From NCBI GenBank assembly GCA_964016885.1, contig OZ024741.1, forward strand, positions 78,864,001 through 78,928,000: a stretch of DNA of 64,000 bases, written 5' to 3'. Position numbers and translations under genes: made by a program. Positions 40,089 to 54,541 of the stretch are shown here, piece after piece. The stretch comes from Eledone cirrhosa. Its lineage: Eukaryota. A model generated the notes under the pieces. It worked only from the letters and a program-made list of their open reading frames with translations. It made no database searches and was not told the DNA's origin. Numbering within the stretch: the stretch's first letter is position 1; every line of letters begins with the position of its first letter.

Positions 40089-40987
40089 TACCGAGAATCG
40101 AATTTCGGCTTAGGAATTAACGAAAAACAACTTCCGAGATGTGTGGCAAGCGCTCAATGATTCAGATGAACCAGAGCTACAACATACGTTAAAGGCCAAA
40201 CACACTGAGACGATGGTTAAACAATCATCCGCACAGCCATAAAAACGACCAAGTAATTCGGGTCAAACAAATAAAAATATATGTGATTGAAAATTTACCC
40301 GGACCCCTGGATGGTTGGTAAAATCCAGCATTTGGGTTTCTGCGACTCCTAAATCAAGTACTGTTCGCTTACACAAATAATGTTAGGCTTCTGGTAAGAT
40401 GATTGAACAAGGAGGCCACTTTTTCAACAGGTTTTAGTTCGAGTGCTAATTTAAGGAATGACCGTTACCGACCCCACGTCGGTCTCGGCAAGGGAGGCAA
40501 CCCTTATTTTAGGCGGATGAATTCAGTATGTATATATTATTGCAAGCATGCAAAACATCACAAAACGAATTAAGCTCTCAACAGAATGGTTATAAGTTAA
40601 TATAAGCTATTCATCAGTCAATAGAATCAACTAAAAAAATAAAGAAAATTAACAGGTCAATAGCTAGACTCTGGAGATTAATACAAATATAAATTAGCGA
40701 GAATCGTATTTCGGCTTAGGAATTAACGAAAAACAACTTCCGAGATGTGTGGCAAGCGCTCAATGATTCAGATGAACCAGAGCTACAACATACGTTAAAG
40801 GCCAAACACACTGAGACGATGGTTAAACAATCATCCGCACAGCCATAAAAACGACCAAGTAATTCGGGTCAAACAAATAAAAATATATGTGATTGAAAAT
40901 TTACCCGGACCCCTGGATGGTTGGTAAAATCCAGCATTTGGGTTTCTGCGACTCCTAAATCAAGTACTGTCCACTTACACAAATAAT
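40081..40987. repeat. 1.5-mer of a 606-bp unit (301-bp direct repeats) between (TA)n tracts
   Basis: 40081-40381 and 40687-40987 are near-identical. Confidence 0.92.
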
Positions 40988-40996
40988 ATATATATA

Positions 40997-41208
40997 TATA
41001 ATTGTTTCTACTTTTAGGCACAAGGCCAGCAATTACTCAGTGCATTACTGGTACTTTATTTTATCGACCCCGTAAGGATGAAAGGCAAAGTCAACCTCGG
41101 CGGGATTTGAACTCAGATCGCAAAGGGACGTAACTATGCTGGAAAGCATGGCGTCCGACTCTCTACCGATACTGCCAATCCACCGCCATTACTGCCAATC
41201 CACCGCCA
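40997..41208 (-). mobile_element. SINE family A full copy
   Basis: Reverse complement of 28873-29063. Confidence 0.88.
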
Positions 41209-41245
41209 ATATATATATATATAATAATATATATATATATGTATG

Positions 41246-41376
<131 letters not shown>

Positions 41377-41416
41377 ATACTTTGGGAGGGTCATGTTGCA
41401 AATTCAGAAACGAAAT

Positions 41417-41836
41417 ATATATATTGGTAAACGGAATAGAAAATGCTGACAAATTGTTCACAGTTGAAAAATGGTTTAATTAGGAATAAAAGAGTATTAG
41501 TGATTGTATGGGTTAGTATTCAGTTGTGGTTTTAAGTTTTTAAGTTTTTACCGGTTGCGCATTTCTAAATGCTTTTCAAAAATAATTTTGAGATAGAGTG
41601 TCCGTGCTGTTTGCTCTGATCTGTTTGCTCAGATCAGAGCAAACAGCACGGACACTCTATCTCAAAATTATTTTTGAAAAGCATTTAGAAATGCGCAACC
41701 GGTAAAAACTTAAAAACTTAAAACCACAACTGAATACTAACCCATACAATCACTAATACTCTTTTATTCCTAATTAAACCATTTTTCAACTGTGAACAAT
41801 TTGTCAGCATTTTCTATTCCGTTTACCAATATATAA
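41417..41836. mobile_element. Fold-back element (about 205-bp arms, 6-nt loop) carrying an HHR-like motif in each arm
   Basis: 41417-41623 pairs with 41630-41836; TTT-TTGAAAA-GCATTT ag AAATGC-GCAA-CCGG-TA^-AAA at 41671-41707. Confidence 0.92.
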
Positions 41837-41864
41837 TAACTTGTGTGTTACACCTCTATTCTTT

Positions 41865-41921
<57 letters not shown>

Positions 41922-42437
41922 CCCATGTTGCTATGTACTTTCACTTGAGAAGCATTAAGAAATTTGAAATTTGAAATATATATTCACTACAATAAATCTG
42001 GTGAAGTAGCTCTGAAGACGGAAAAAAGTGAACAGAGACGCTTCCGGGCAGTCGAACCATACATTGCTCGTATGTTGGGTCAGTGCTTTTATCCATTAAA
42101 CCGAAGGGTTCCTGGCTACCGATTACCAGCTTTTAGAAGATTTAAGCATGACGATAGATGTGTAAACAAGACCTGCGTTGACTTGCAGTGTATTGGGAAC
42201 TTTGAAATCTGAAAATATATTCGCTATAATGCAGATATATAAAATAATATTTGATGACTATAGTCACTAATTGAATAAAGTCAAACAAGTCTTGTTTACA
42301 CTTTTAAATCTTCTCAAAATATTTCCCTCATACCTTATCTGATTTATTCAACTATTGTCTATAATTATCAACCATTACTTTATTTAGCTACATTGCGGCG
42401 AATATATTTTCACTATATATATATATATATATTTATA

Positions 42438-42504
<67 letters not shown>

Positions 42505-42747
42505 CCATTTAAGTTATTTTGATCAGCTAATTGTAGTACTGGTGGTTCTGGTAGGCAAATCATGATGGAACGAATATGTATGTATGTATGTATCTATCTA
42601 TATATATACATACTTACACGCACTCACATACACACATATAAATATATATATACATATATATATATATAAATATGTATGTATATGTATATAAATATATACA
42701 TATATATGTGTGTGAGTGTGCGTGCGTGTGTGTATATATATATATAT

Positions 42748-43005
42748 GAAGGCGCATGGCTTTATGGTTAGAGCATTGGGCTTGCAATGGAAAGGTTGTG
42801 AGTTCAGTTCTCGGACCGGTTGATGTGTTGTTTCCTTGAGCAAGACACTGTACTTCACGTTGCTCCAGTTTGCTCAGCTGTAGAAATGAGTTGAAGAGGT
42901 ACTGGCCTGCCCACCCAGCCAGTGGGATGACGTTATCTTATGTGCTGTGACCAGTGGCGCCGAATGGACGCCCGACAGACTGGTCGGTCAAGGTGATCAA
43001 GGTGA
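42748..43005 (+). mobile_element. SINE family B copy with a different 3' part
   Basis: Head and body match 25970-26112. Confidence 0.8.
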
Positions 43006-43800
43006 TATATATATATATAAACACGACGGGCTTCTGCACAGTTTCCATCTACCAAATTCTACTTACAAGGCATTGATCAACTGGAGTAGAAGGTAAAATA
43101 GAAATATTACATACTCGAATAACTGCATAATGAGATCGAACGCAGAAGCATGTGAAAACGAAGAAAAATTTGTAATCACACGGCTATGGTTGTGCCTGTT
43201 AATCTTCCATTAGTTTCAGTGTTGGTGCCTCATGTCTTATTCATAATATTCTAGTAATTAGTAATATAATAATCGATCAGATAATTAGCATAGTTATTGT
43301 TAACTTGGAAATTTCATTCTATTCCAGTTATCTCGACAAATAAATTTTCGCTGACAATACAAAAAATGAAACCATGCTTAAGTCTGGCCAGCTTTGAGAG
43401 ATTTTAAATCTGATTGTGTATTATAATTACTTCAATACGGTAAATAAATATATTTTTTAAAGTACCTCTATGTCGTTACTCAATCTGTTAGAAACAGCTG
43501 CCAAGTCTCCCTCAAATCACACTAAGTTGTCTTAAACAAGACGGATACATTGGATAATGTAGTCTTAGATATACGATGCCAGAAAAAAGGATGATTAAGA
43601 CAACAAATAGAACGCATTTGATTATAGGTCTACTTAATCTGTACTTCCAAGTGCTAAAAGCCAGCTCAATTAATTAATTACCAACACAAGCATTAATTAT
43701 GTGCAAATTAGTACGTCCATTTCAGAATAATACTAAGAGCAAATGGATATACATAAGCCTATAAAATACTTGTTTCCTTGTGGTTGTTTGGATGATATAC

Positions 43801-43849
43801 ATGCCCTCTGATGAGGGCCCAATTAGATCTGAAAATCGATTAAAGGTGT
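43801..43849 (+). ncRNA. Type I hammerhead motif (aged)
   Basis: ATGCCCT-CTGATGA-GGGCC..GATCT-GAAA-ATCGAT-TA^-AAGGTGT; helices carry GU pairs and mismatches. Confidence 0.7.
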
Positions 43850-44069
43850 TTATCACTATATAAATTTACAAGGCGTGTTTACATGACTACCTATTAGGAG
43901 GTCGATAAAAAAGTACCATTCAAGTACTGGGATCGATTCTTCCTCTATTTCTCTTTCTCACTTCCTTTCTCTCACTCCCTATCCTTCCCCGGAAGAAATC
44001 TGCTGTTTTTAAGTCCTGGAGAGGATTTGAGTTCCGCCAGATTTTAAAATATATATTTTAAAGGTATAT

Positions 44070-44680
44070 ATTGTTCATAGTTAGTATTTTTTTCACCCTA
44101 GCGAATCTGGTCCCTTACGATTTGACACATATATGTATATATCTGTGTTTATATCTCTCTTTTGTATTCAATTATAGTACACGGCTCGGAAAAATCTCTT
44201 TCCTTGAGCTTTTTAATTCTAAGAGACTATTTTGAGTTTCTGACTCAATATATTCCTTTGATATATTTGGCTTCTTCAATTTGTTGAGCTAATTTAAATG
44301 TCGAGTAAACTTGGCTGCTATTTTTAGTAGTATACGTTTATAAGACACGCTAGGTTCTGATGCCATGTGCGTTGTTTTATATACGCACACTATTCAGTCT
44401 TCTGAGATACTTAGAAATGAAGAGTTTACTAATTTTACACCCACTGATGAGCAAAAGAATTGGTAATTCTCTTCACTTAAATTGCGAAACAGTTTAACTA
44501 AAATATGTCTGGGTGTCTGGTAGTTACCCCAATATCGGTTTGTATTTATTTTCTTGATTTATTCTTTTAAATTGTTCATAGTTAGTATTTTTTTCGCCCT
44601 AGCGAATCTGGTCCCTTACGATTTGAACACATATATGTATATAACTGTGTTTATCTCTCTCTTTTATATTCAATTATAGT
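44070..44680 (+). mobile_element. Retrozyme-like 1.2-mer (501-nt unit, about 110-bp terminal direct repeats)
   Basis: 44070-44178 is repeated at 44571-44680, with one HHR between the repeats. Confidence 0.8.
44437..44516 (+). ncRNA. Type I hammerhead ribozyme with enlarged loops 2 and 3
   Basis: ACACCCA-CTGATGA-GCAA...TTGC-GAAA-CA...TG-TC^-TGGGTGT. Confidence 0.85.
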
Positions 44681-44685
44681 ATACT

Positions 44686-46200
44686 GTTTTACTCTTTTAC
44701 CTGTTCCAGCCATCCGGCTGAGGCCATGCTGGGGTACCGCCCTTGTTCCTACACATTTTATCTCCAGCCTGTATTGGTTGGCCACTGGTGCAAGAGGGAG
44801 TTCGTTGTTGCTGCCCTTAGGTTTCCCTCGTGCCTTGCTGTGGGCTCATCCGGGATCCTGTATAGCAAGATGTCGAGATGTTTCTTGAAGACATCCACAT
44901 CCACATCATGCAGATCTCTCAGATCCCTCGGCAGCTTGTTGAAGAGTTGAGGGCCCTTGAACTCCAGGCTATTGCAATATCTGCTCCTTATTCTAGATGT
45001 GGAAGACTGGACCTTTGGCACCACAGAGTGACGTCCTGTTCGACGGTTGGTCCAGTTCCCAATGCCAAAGTTTGGTGCTAGTCCCTCCAGGATTTTCCAC
45101 ATGTAGATCACTGCGTATCTCTCCCGTTTTCGTTCCAAGGAGTAGAGGTTCAGTTCTTTTAGCCTCTCCCAGTAGCTTGTCTCCCTCATCTTGGCAATCC
45201 TCTTGGTGTAGCTTCGCTGGATTACCTCAAGCTCCGTGGTTAGTTTGACACTATGGGGTGACCACAACTGGGAGCAATAGTCTAGGCAGCTTAGGACAAA
45301 TGTTCTCCATAGTGTCAACATGGTGTCTCGGTCTCTTGTCCGGAAAGTTCTCAAGATCCAGCCAGCGAGTCATCTGCACATTGTCGCCACTTTCATGATG
45401 TGTGATGAAAAATATGCATCATCGCTCATGTCTATACCCAGGTCTGGTATCGATTTTGACACGGGGATATCGGTCCCTCCTGGTCCGGCGTAACTGTGTT
45501 GTACTATATTTGTGTTTGTATGTTTGTATTGTGGGGCTTGGAATTTGCCAGCATTAAACTGCATGTTGTTGTCTTCCGCCAATGTGTATATGGCATCCAG
45601 ATCTTGTTGTAAAAGGGCAGCGTCAGCCGGGTTTTTGATTGCCTGTGCTACCTTAGTGTCATCAGCATAGCTAGTGAGGGATGTTGTTGTATGTACTACA
45701 GAGGGCATGTCTGAGAGAGCCACCAAAAACAGTAGTGGTCCCAGGACTGTGCCTTGGGGCACCCCACTTGTTATTGATGTTTCCTTTGAGAGGGCCCCAT
45801 TTGCTGCGACTGTCTGGTTTCTGTCCTTTAAGAAGTCGTGCAACCACTCATCTACTTTTCCAGTTATGCCGAGTCCGTGTAGTTTGTGACATATCATTCC
45901 GTGGTCGACCTTGTCAAAGGCCTTCGCAAAGTCAAGATATATCACGTCCACATGTGAGCTGTCTAGCAGTTGTTTCAGTACCCAGTCGTAGTGATGTAGC
46001 AGCTGGGTTAGGCAGCTTCTTCCTGGGCGAAAGCCATGGTGCGTGCTAGTCAGGCAGTCATTTTACTCGAGGAAAGTGATCAGTTTCTTTCTGATGATTC
46101 GCTCCATGACCTTACTGATATGTGATGTCAGGGAGACTGGCCTATAGTTTTTGACCTCCGCTCTGCTACCTCCTTTATGGATAGGGCATATTGGGCCTTT
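44686..46200 (-). mobile_element. CR1-group LINE, 5'-truncated, RT domain and 3' tail
   Basis: NYRPVSLTS, HGFRPGRSC, YLDFAKAFDKVDH, SGVPQGTVLGPLLF, YADD, LDYCSQLWSP, LYSLERKR; tail ends in GTAAAAGAGTAAAA. Confidence 0.93.
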
Positions 46201-46249
46201 TTTCAGCTCCCTGGGTAGTATACCGCTAGCCAAGGAGCTTCTATATATA

Positions 46250-46308
46250 TATAATTATTTTTTCTTTTTTGGTACAAGGCCAGCAATATCCCCAGTGCAT
46301 TACTGGTG

Positions 46309-46359
<51 letters not shown>

Positions 46360-46460
46360 CTTTTTCTTTTTTGGCACAAGGCCAGCAATTACCCCAGTAC
46401 ATTACTGGTGCTTTATTTTATCGACACCTTAAGGATGAAAGGCAAAGTTAGCCTGGGTGA
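46250..46460 (-). mobile_element. SINE family A 3' fragment with duplicated tail around (TA)n
   Basis: CAAGGCCAGCAAT..CCCAGT.CATTACTGGTGCT occurs twice. Confidence 0.8.
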
Positions 46461-47141
46461 TTTAATCAGTGGAGCTTATGAGACACTCCTCCCATAGTTT
46501 TGGAAAGAAGGGAAGAATTTTATCTTGAAACTGGAGACCTTGCAATAGAGATTACCCCTCTAAACATTTTATAAATCAATGTTTTAAGTATTTAATCCAA
46601 TTCCTCATTATGAAAATTTTAGATCCTGCAAGGCGATATTAAATGCTGCGAAGCATTTTTATCTCATGATGCTACTGTGGCATTCAAACATCTCGCCCTT
46701 TCCATTGTAATAAATTTAGTCCTGGAAATATTCAGTCGCTCCGTCTCAGGAAACACGGGAGGACTGACTTGTTTCTTCGTTTTATTATTATCCCCATTTT
46801 TCTTCTTTTCGCGTGTCACACCATAGCGTCAATTGTCATAAATCTGCCAACTCGCCGAGACCAATCGTATTTTAGTTAGCTTGCTCAGTCACTCTGAGAG
46901 GAACCAATTAAAACAACCAGACAGAATCCACCAGCCATATCTTCAGTGCTAGCCGAAAACATTACATTCTTTGTTCTTTTACTCTTTTGCCGGATTCAGT
47001 CATTATACTGCGGCCATGCTGGGACATCACCTTAAAAGAATTCAGTCGATCATATGAACCACAGTACATTTCTCATTTTGTCGAACCGCTATGTTGTGAG
47101 ACATAAATAAATAATAAACGTAAAGATACACACGTACAAAC

Positions 47142-47260
47142 AGGCGCAGGAATGAATTTACGGTTAAGGATTTAGCTTTCAACCACGTGATTCCGGGTTC
47201 AGTCCTGCTATATGGCACATTGCGCGAGTGACTTCTACTAGAAATCCGGGTTGACTAATC
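47142..47260 (+). mobile_element. SINE family C head (related reverse copy at about 43020-43200)
   Basis: GGCGCAGG..GGTTAAG..CAACCACGTGATTCCGGGTTCAGTCC..GGCAC tRNA-like head. Confidence 0.6.
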
Positions 47261-48059
47261 TACATTATATCCATAACAACAACAACAACTATATTAGCAA
47301 CAGCTCTACCAACGCTCCCTCTCTCCCACCGCACGTAAATATCATATACCCCCATTCATATCCAAACTTTGCAGCTTCCAAACAACCTATAAGTCCTCAA
47401 ATCTATAAATAGTCTCAATCCAGACACTTAATTAATAATTAATTACTCGTAATATTATATCACAGTTTACTTCCATTATCGCTTCTCTAGCTTTAACATT
47501 TAAATGTTATATTTCTTGTTTATTTTTAGTTTTATTACTTTCTCAGTTCTATAAATTTGATGATACACTTTCTTAAAATAATCCAGAGAGGATTCATAAA
47601 TAAATAAAAAATGAAATAAGTGAACCCCAACTAGCCAAAAATTACAGTCCCTTTACAACCACAAGTAAAATATATAGACCAATATCTACTGCTAGTTTCA
47701 TCTCAGTATAAAAATAAAATGACCTGGGAAAAAACGTTAACGAAAGATTTGTTAATACTACATACACAATGACTTTTAGTAAATTGAATTAACGCTCAGA
47801 CACGAAATGATAATATCTCGCTTTATCTGGGTAGCATTTGAATTAAAATAACAGAAAATAGAACTAATTCTTACAACTCAACTGACCATATTAAATTATA
47901 ACTTTAAATAATAACAACCAGAGTCCATATCACCAAACCAATATTCTACAACCCCAGTACTGATATTTAATTTCCTAACTCCAGTCTCTACCTCTTCCCC
48001 TTCCCCTAGACCTATGCCCAGCAAAGCACATAAATAAACAAAAAACTACACAATGGATA

Positions 48060-48280
48060 ACGAGTTCTAGCATATGCACAAGGCCAATATTTTTAAGGGG
48101 AGAAAAAAGTCGATTAAGTCAACCACAGTACTTGACTGGTACTTTATTTTATCGACCTTGCAAGGAGGAAAGGCAAATTTGATCTCAGTGGAATTTCAAC
48201 TCAGAACATAAAGAACCTTAACTAATTGCCGCAAAGCATTTTGTCCGACGTGCTAACGATTCTGCCTATCCAGCACCCTT
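48060..48280 (-). mobile_element. SINE family A-related copy
   Basis: GGTACTTTATTTTATCGACC..GAAAGGCAAA..GGAATTT.AACTCAGAAC. Confidence 0.7.
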
Positions 48281-49008
48281 TTAAAAATAAGATGACTTCT
48301 AATGAATGATTTTTAATTTAGGCACAATACCGACAATTTGACTCACACAATTAACAATAAAAAATATAAAATAAAAATATAAATATTAAGTAATAAATAA
48401 CTTAGTAAATGAAATTAACACCCAAACACAACACTTGTATAACTTACTTTATCTAGGCAACATTTGAATTACTACGTAACAATTAAACTGACCATATCAA
48501 ATTACAACCAAAATAAAAACCCCACAAACAACTCTGGTTCTATCATAACAATCAGCATCCCACCTCCAGTCACTACCTTCCCCCTTTCTCCCTTTCAACG
48601 TTACTATTAATAAATGGGTACATAGAAATAACCTTATACAATATGTTTAATAAATATATTTTCTTTTGCTGGGAAAATATAAGCTATGAATAAATCAATG
48701 GAAATTTGGCAGCTGAGCGTGAAGAATCGTTTCGACTAGTTTCGTCTTTCCTAAGCCACGCCAGGTATTGTTTACACCTTTTGTTTTCAAATCATAGATT
48801 CTTTGAACAAATTTTTTGCGCAGTCTAATTCTGAATCTCTTCCCACACATACAAAAGAAAAAGAAAAATCTTTCAAATTTACTTTTTTTAAATGAAATCC
48901 ATGCGTATTTTTCTACTAAATATGCAATGTTCCATTCATTATTGCTTCTTCGTACATCTAATCAATTTATTTATTTAGTAATTTAATCACTGAACTAAAC
49001 CCGATTTC

Positions 49009-49057
<49 letters not shown>

Positions 49058-49733
49058 TTATGTAGACAATTATAATAGACACAGAAACATATGTTAAAGC
49101 AAATAAATTCCTAATCTCCTTTCTCGCCACCAATGCTTTTATTATTCTTGGTGCAATACTTGCTTATATATATATATATATGAATAAAGTTAGTCCTTCA
49201 TCAGTGATCTTCCAACCATCATTGGTATTTCATCGCTTTAAAGACCATATACCTCCGGTTGGTGCGAGCAACGGCTAAAAAAAGTCGTTGGGACACGTAA
49301 ATAATGGTGTGAACAAACAAAAATGGTGAAGCAACGAAAAGTGAGGAAGAAGGAGTCAAGTCCCAAATTTCTATGAATTTAAATTCGGTGAAATCGTGAA
49401 CGAGAGAGAATAAAGACCATCAAACCTAGTTGGAATGTAAGCAAGGAAGGAATTCCGTACAGGTCTAACGGGAGGAAGAAGGGATCTAGTCTGTGATTTC
49501 GGTGAACGTAAGTTCTGTGAAATCGTAGACGATAGAGAGAAAAAAAGTGACCTGCCAGACCAAGGGTGCGAAAGAAAAGAATTACGCACAGGTCAAACGG
49601 GAAGAAGGAGGAGGAGGAGAGGTAGTAACAGAGAATGAGTGAGTGAAGGGTGAGGAAGAGGCTAACAGAGAGAGTGACTGCTAGAGAGGGTAAATATATA
49701 TATATACATATATATATACATATATATATATAC

Positions 49734-50758
<1,025 letters not shown>

Positions 50759-51205
50759 CATTTAAACTAGGTAATATAATAGATGTTATTTTTATGTCTT
50801 TTTTAAATTCTTTAATAAAATTTAGCCCCTTTTCGCTTCCTACAAAGTTAACTGTGATATCAAAGAACCTTACACATTTTGAAATGCCATTTTAATTTAG
50901 AGAACTATTTAATTGCCGTATGTAAAGTTAGTCTTATATACTGATAAATAGGTGATCCTATTTACTATGTGAGTATAATTTATTGATAGTTTTAGAAACT
51001 ATAAGTGAATCATATAAAATGTAATATATTGTTATGATTCTAGGGCATATTTGTTCAATTGTGCTCCAAGGCATTTATGACTACCGATTGCATCATCATT
51101 ATAAAATTTTCTAATTGAACTTTATTTTAAGCAAGCCAGGATCTTATCACAATAAAATAAATTTCCACTAGTGTCAGTTTGTAGATATTTTACAAATAAT
51201 ATATC

Positions 51206-51808
51206 AGGTATTAGTATTGGTGCTCTGAAATAACGATGTATACATGAATGTATGTATAGTATATTTGGCAATATACTGTATGTTTAATTAAAAACATTTA
51301 GAAGACCATTCACTATGAGTTTTAAAGTAGTGACTATGTCACTTACTTATTCTCGGCAAACACAACAGAGAGCGGCCGACAGACAGTCTGAGCGTTTATC
51401 AAGACCACACACTCAGTTGCCTTTGCCGAGAATTATAAAGGCTGGATTCTTATAGAATTCCAGTAATAATCAGTGCCGTATACTATTTCAGAGCAATACT
51501 ATTTCAGAGCACCAATACTAATACCTAATTTTTGCTGGACCGGCAATCGCTCTGTTGAATCAGCTCCTGATTATTACTGGAATTCTATAAGAATCCAGCC
51601 TTCATAATTCTCGGCAAAGGCAACTGAGTGTGTGGTCTTGATAAACGCTCACAAGCGAGAAACAGACTGTCTGTCGGCCACTCTCTGTTGTTTTTGCCGA
51701 GAATAAGTAAGTGACATAGTCACTACTTTAACATTCATAGCGAATGGTCTTCTAAATGTTTTTAATTAAACATACAGTATATTGCCAACTATACTATACA
51801 TACATTCA
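51206..51808. mobile_element. Permuted fold-back element (about 320-nt monomer) with HHR
   Basis: 51206-51232 pairs with 51500-51526; 51245-51473 pairs with 51567-51808. Confidence 0.88.
51632..51681 (+). ncRNA. Type I hammerhead, U3-A8 variant
   Basis: GTGGTC-TTGATAA-ACGCT caca AGCGA-GAAA-CAGACTGTCTG-TC^-GGCCAC. Confidence 0.8.
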
Positions 51809-53310
51809 AATAATATATCATTTTTTTTATTTACATTTATCATTAAAATAACAAACTTATTTACAAGAAGGATTTTGTTATCAATATCAACCTGAATTGA
51901 TAAATAATTAGAAAAATCCAACTTGTTCTTTAATATTGATAGGCATTTCATCAATTCGTTTTCTTTGATTTGGACCTTTATATATATATATATATATATA
52001 TATAAAGGACCTTCACGCATTGGATTTGAAATAATGTCTACAGTCATATTTTACAAAGTTTTTGCAAATTCTTATGATGCAGTATTTTTGCTTCCTCTAA
52101 TGTCATGTCTCTTTTTTTTATTTAAAATATGTTAGGTTGTTGCTGAAAATTGGTTTTCAATTATTTGAAATAATCAACGGTTTTATTAATTCTATTTGGA
52201 TGCCGTTTTTTGACTGATGAAGTCGTTAAGGTATAAACACTTTATTTAAAAGAATACTGGTAGTTTTCTTGATTGATGGGGATTCGAACAAAACCTCGTT
52301 TTTATCTCACTAGCTACTACTACGGTATGTTGCATATGATATGATCACGATTAAAAAGTTAATGATGATGAAATATTTTTAAATATCTGAGATTTGAGGA
52401 AGAAAAGTTAGATTTGTATGTTGTGGAGTTCGTATACAAAACTTCCAGCCTGAAAATACACGTTTCTCTATCTGACTCGAGCACTAACAAAATTTAACAA
52501 ACTGGAGGCAATAGACCAGATAATTCTATTTTCAAATGTGTTATATGTTAATTATACAATATGCCACTTCATTACAAAAATGCGAATGATCAGGCTAAAT
52601 GTTTAATCCAAAAAATAATAGCATAATTTCATTATCTAAAGTCCACTAAGGTCAGACAAAAATGATAATCATGTTATAATTTTAGTAACACAAACCTAAA
52701 TATAAGTTAAAGTCACCTCATTCTCGAGAAGCATGCCAATCTTGGATCCTTCACTTTATGTCTGGCAATGTTTTCAAGGGAAAACTACAATAATATATAC
52801 GTACTTTTTTCGAAATTTAGGATTTCAGTATTCATTGAGTTCTTTACAATTTAAAACTCTGCGTTTTCATTTTAAGATGTAGTTACGTTATCAAGTAGAT
52901 AATAAAATCTTGAAAATACTCTTTGGCTTCTCTGGATAATGTTTCTGTTGCGAAGAAATGAATATTACGAAACTTTTTAAAAATAGTCTAGATGAAGACC
53001 CAGGCAATCACTGTTGTAATGTCTGAGAATAACCTTATTTTAATAGAATTCCCGAGTTCACAATTGTGATGTAAATAGTAGTTGTGTTAATAAACTTATC
53101 ACTATTCCCCACAAACTAATTCTGTAGAAGAGCACAGAGAGAGAGATAGAGATAGAGATATATATAGAGAGAGAGATAGAGAGAGAGAGACATAGATTCA
53201 CATACACAGATATATATGTGTGTGTATGAGTTGTATAATATCATTACAGAATAACTATGCATATATATATGTATATATGCATAGTTATTCTGTAATATTA
53301 TACAACTCAT

Positions 53311-53384
<74 letters not shown>

Positions 53385-53639
53385 TTATATATATATATAT
53401 ATTTGTGTGTGTGTGTGCGTGTGTGTAGAAGTAGTAACATAACAGTTAGTTCACCATACCGAGAACAATTGTTTCACCTTGCGGATCTTCAGCTTGGACT
53501 GAGAATGGTTGTACGGCACATGAAAAGGAGAAACAACCGTATGAATACGCATGCGCAGAAACGGTCACTTGCCCTAGACGATAAAAATCCACAGTCGAAA
53601 GGTGTAAGGGAGATAACTGCGAATGCCTAGAATAAATTG

Positions 53640-54440
53640 TTCGCGTTAATTAGAATATTAGAATGTTGATGTTATTCAATCCAGAGCTTTGTGGTTATGC
53701 AAGAGGTGTTTCCAGACGTGTGGACAACGTGAGAACAGCTCATTTCTTGAATTTATGCAATCTCCTGAATTTATGCAATCTCCTGAATTTTGCGTAATCT
53801 CCTCAGAAAATTGATTCTTTCTTCAATGCACAGACCACAAGACAGATTACCCCTTGTGTATGGCTTGGACTTAGTGATAGCTTTCCATTGGATGGAGTAG
53901 TATACACCTGAGATTTTGAGGGACCGACCATACGTGGCTCGCGAGTTTCGTGGATGATCATTTGTCCGGGTATCTAAAGGTCGACTGATGGTTCAGGAAG
54001 CGTTCCTTAAACCAGCCCTCCCGTTGTTGGTTTGGTTGGAAACCGATACAGCTTCATAAACTACAGCGGGTGTGTTGCATTGCTGTTGAAGGGGACAAGC
54101 TTCAGGCTTTCGGCAAGAGCAGCCTGGTGGGGTACTGCTCTTAGGGCTGTTGGTGTTGTGGGCCTTCATATTCTTACCCTGTGTCTGTTAAAGATGGAGC
54201 GGTATTTGTGACCTATGGGAAAGTGTCTATCTAAGAGGGCTAAAAATTATTTTCCTACATTAGTTTTAACGTTGAGTGAGAAGGGAGGAGAGAACTAGAT
54301 ATTTTTTCTATTGTTACGATTTCTTTTCTTATTGCTGTTGGTGTTAGTGGGGGAGTAAGTAATTGGTTGCGAGAAGCCGCTGTTAGCTAACGCCGTGTTG
54401 TAGTAGGAGGCCACTCTGTCAAAGATTCTAGTACTGATAT
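53640..54440 (-). mobile_element. Penelope-like linker plus GIY-YIG fragment
   Basis: YYNTALANSGF, FSPPFSLNVKTNVGK, CSCRKPEACPLQQQC..VVYEA, CGLCIEEK. Confidence 0.87.
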
Positions 54441-54457
54441 TTCTAAACCCCCCCCCC

Positions 54458-54541
<84 letters not shown>

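Noticed and set aside
49185-49210. Isolated CTGATGA words (also about 52214 on + and 61937 on -)
   Set aside because: No downstream helix II-GAAA; truncated or chance matches.
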